Assembly (NCBI GenBank): GCA_036786445.1
Contig: DAIQRD010000004.1
Location: forward strand, 1-45,224
Source of the DNA: Bacillota bacterium
GTDB taxonomy: Bacteria; Bacillota; Limnochordia; DTU087
Length of the DNA: 45,224 nucleotides
Direction: 5' to 3'
Shown: one piece after another, positions 43,601 through 45,224 of the stretch
Numbering within the stretch: the first letter of the stretch is position 1
Layout: the number at the start of each line of letters is the position of its first letter
Notes under the pieces: model-generated
Told to the model about the DNA's origin: nothing
Seen by the model: the letters and a program-made list of their open reading frames with translations, nothing else
Databases searched by the model: none
Made by a program: the position numbers and the translations under genes

Positions 43601-43630
43601 TAGTGTTTGACCAAGGCGGCTCTGCTATGC
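43601..43630 (-). promoter_or_regulatory. sigma-G-like promoter of SASP gene 2
   Basis: On the minus strand: GCATA (43630-43626), 18-bp spacer, AACACTA (43607-43601). The geometry matches the SASP-1 promoter. Confidence 0.45.
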
Positions 43631-43720
43631 TAGAATAGCTTGGGTGTAGCCGATGTCAAACGGCAGAAGAGTGAGATGTTGGTTGCTGCTGCTTCAGGCT
43701 CCGGTTTTCCACAGGACAGC

Positions 43721-43748
43721 TTGACATGGGCTCTGGATGTGGTATAAT
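43721..43748 (+). promoter_or_regulatory. sigma-A promoter (extended -10) of initiator tRNA
   Basis: TTGACA (43721-43726), 16-bp spacer, TGgTATAAT (43740-43748). Confidence 0.65.
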
Positions 43749-43779
43749 ACAATTTGTCAGTGGTTCATAAGACATACGT

Positions 43780-43856
<77 letters not shown>

Positions 43857-43864
43857 TTACGAGA

Positions 43865-43893
43865 AACCGTGGGTATCATGCCTACGGTTTTTT
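43865..43893 (+). terminator. intrinsic terminator after tRNA-fMet
   Basis: 9-bp stem AACCGTGGG/CCTACGGTT (one G-U pair), 7-nt loop, then TTTT. Confidence 0.8.
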
Positions 43894-44020
43894 GCTTGCC
43901 TATGGTCATTTGGCGGGATTAGCATGATATGGGAAGGCTTTTGCTGGATGGGCAGCGAAAGTTTATTCAAGGTTCGGATTGGAGGGGACCTTAGATACTG
44001 TGAAGAGGGAGGTGTGAACG

Positions 44021-44101
44021 ATGAAGTGGCGAATTCTATACTACATAACAGTTATAGCATCATTTGTAATCGCCTCTGGAGCCACTCATAAGTGGAGGTA
44101 G
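44021..44101 (+). CDS. candidate 26-aa single-TM mini-protein
   Basis: ATG sits 8 nt after GGAGG (44008-44012). The peptide MKWRILYYITVIASFVIASGATHKWR has an 18-residue hydrophobic core flanked by KWR at both ends. It is below the ORF-track size cut-off. Confidence 0.3.
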   Translation: MKWRILYYITVIASFVIASGATHKWR

Positions 44102-44116
44102 GTTCGGTGTCTAACG

Positions 44117-44148
44117 TGCCGGGGCTAGCTAGTACTGAAGCCCCGGTA
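44117..44148 (+). other. stem-loop between the mini-ORF and the HD-GYP gene
   Basis: About 10-bp stem TGCCGGGGCT/AGCCCCGGTA with a 12-nt loop and no U-tract. It ends 13 nt before the AGGAG SD of the HD-GYP ORF. Confidence 0.4.
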
Positions 44149-44174
44149 TACCCTGATGCCTAGGAGCGAAGCAA

Positions 44175-45224
44175 TTGTCCCAACAAGTGCGACCAGGTGC
44201 CAAAACATTCATCCTATCCACTGCAGTCATGGGATTAGCCTGCCTGCTCTGGGCAATACTCACTGTTCCGTCGGTACCTTTGCTGGGCCCGGTGTTGCTG
44301 GGGCTGTGTGCTCTAGTTGCGGAGCTCTATCCAATACGCCTATCGGAAGAGGGTACTGTTTCAGTGGCGGCCGCCCTGGACTTTGCTGTTGTTATTCTTT
44401 TTCCTCCGCAGGTGGCAGTGGTCTTGGCCGCATTTGCCGGAGGACTAAGTGATGTTATCGGCCGGGTGGCTCCGATACAGACCCTATTTAATACAGCTCA
44501 GCTAGCGATTGCTGCTTTTGTGGCGGCGCAGGTCTATGCCTTGGGGCCGGGTGGGATTTTCTACTTTCAAACCCATGCCTTTTGGGGCCTAATAGCTGGC
44601 CTTAGCTTTTTGTTCACCAATAGTATCCTAACCTGCACAGTCATCGCCCTTGTTCAGGGGGATCATCCCATTGAGGTTTGGTTACAGGGTAACAAAGACA
44701 TGTTTTTCCACGATGTTGCTTTGTACCCCATCGGGATGTTGGTAGCTCTTGTTTACGCCCATGATGCATCGGCCCTGTTGCTTTTTAGCCTGCCTATGGT
44801 AATAATCTATGTTTCTTTTCGAAATAACGTTGCTGTGCGCCGACAAGCCAAGCAAGTCTTGGAGATGTTGGCAGATATTATTGACCAGAGAGATCCGTAT
44901 ACGGCCGAGCATTCCCAACGGGTAGCCAACTATGCTAGTGCGATTGCTCGGCAGATGGGCCTTCCAGAGCAGGAATCTTTACTGGTTCAATCCAGTGGTA
45001 GGATACATGATCTGGGTAAGATTACCTGGAAGGATGACATACTGTTTAAACCGGGAGCTTTGACGACAGAAGAGATGGAACGAGTCAAGGAGCATCCCAG
45101 TACTGGAGCCCGGATCGTTCAGGAGCTGGCACACTACAAGAAGGGTGTACCATTGATTCGACACCATCACGAATGGGTGAATGGTTCGGGATATCCTGAC
45201 GGCCTTAGCAGTGAGCAAATCCCA
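44175..45224 (+). CDS. polytopic membrane HD-GYP domain protein (putative c-di-GMP phosphodiesterase), 3' truncated by window end
   Basis: My own translation of the frame starting at 44160; the ORF is not in the supplied track because it runs off the window. About 6-7 hydrophobic helices are followed by DPYTAEHSQRVANYA, GRIHDLGKI and HHHEWVNGSGYPDGL. TTG 44175 sits 8 nt after AGGAG; ATG 44229 is an alternative start. Confidence 0.85.
   Translation, partial: MSQQVRPGAKTFILSTAVMGLACLLWAILTVPSVPLLGPVLLGLCALVAELYPIRLSEEGTVSVAAALDFAVVILFPPQVAVVLAAFAGGLSDVIGRVAPIQTLFNTAQLAIAAFVAAQVYALGPGGIFYFQTHAFWGLIAGLSFLFTNSILTCTVIALVQGDHPIEVWLQGNKDMFFHDVALYPIGMLVALVYAHDASALLLFSLPMVIIYVSFRNNVAVRRQAKQVLEMLADIIDQRDPYTAEHSQRVANYASAIARQMGLPEQESLLVQSSGRIHDLGKITWKDDILFKPGALTTEEMERVKEHPSTGARIVQELAHYKKGVPLIRHHHEWVNGSGYPDGLSSEQIP

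Noticed and set aside
43924-44091. 55-aa plus-strand ORF (MIWEGFCWMGSESLF...) overlapping the 26-aa mini-ORF in another frame.
   Set aside because: It has no convincing SD and its composition is not protein-like. The 26-aa frame has the strong SD and a TM-like sequence. This remains a caveat for that finding.
43894-44174. Checked the HD-GYP leader for c-di-GMP class I/II riboswitch signatures.
   Set aside because: I found no CAGGGCAAAC / GACGCAAAGCC-like conserved segments. Only a generic hairpin and a mini-ORF are present.
44156-44452. 98-aa plus-strand ORF from the track (MPRSEAIVPTS...).
   Set aside because: It is out of frame with the continuous 350-codon ORF that ends in a clear HD-GYP domain. 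It is Cys/Gly/Ser-rich and has no SD.

Overview
This window is an almost entirely plus-strand block of core housekeeping and sporulation genes from an endospore-forming Firmicute, probably Clostridia-like. All family assignments rest on motifs read by eye; no searches were run. Gene order follows the origin-proximal B. subtilis region yabE-ksgA-veg-sspF-ispE ... glmU-prs-ctc-pth-mfd-spoVT-yabM-yabN ... yabP-yabQ-divIC-yabR-tRNA. Upstream of that block lie a Lon-type protease, aroE, ddl, an ABC-F ATPase and a DnaD-like/DnaB-helicase pair. Two tRNAs are present: Leu-UAA and initiator Met. There are also two alpha/beta-type SASP genes, several near-consensus extended -10 sigma-A promoters, four sigma-G-like promoters and many intrinsic terminators. 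I found no rRNA, CRISPR array, transposase or integrase, prophage, or recognisable defence or toxin-antitoxin system, so I cannot point to one clear-cut novel system. The departures from the conserved backbone are: (1) a sporulation insertion between veg and ispE, containing a GH18-like protein with an apparently dead catalytic motif, a SipL-like DUF3794/LysM protein, a double-Myb RsfA-like protein and a D,D-carboxypeptidase; (2) an orphan two-gene minus-strand operon at 2.8-3.8 kb; (3) a 135-aa minimal CPBP/PrsW-like membrane protein between pth and mfd; (4) a TPM-LemA pair plus a GC-rich, possibly structured spacer between divIC and yabR; (5) DUF501 linked to divIC; (6) an ogt / small ORF / PocR-AraC trio; (7) a 26-aa single-TM mini-ORF plus hairpin in front of a polytopic HD-GYP protein. 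Several longest-ORF starts in the supplied track are clearly too far upstream, and I corrected them from RBS and terminator positions.
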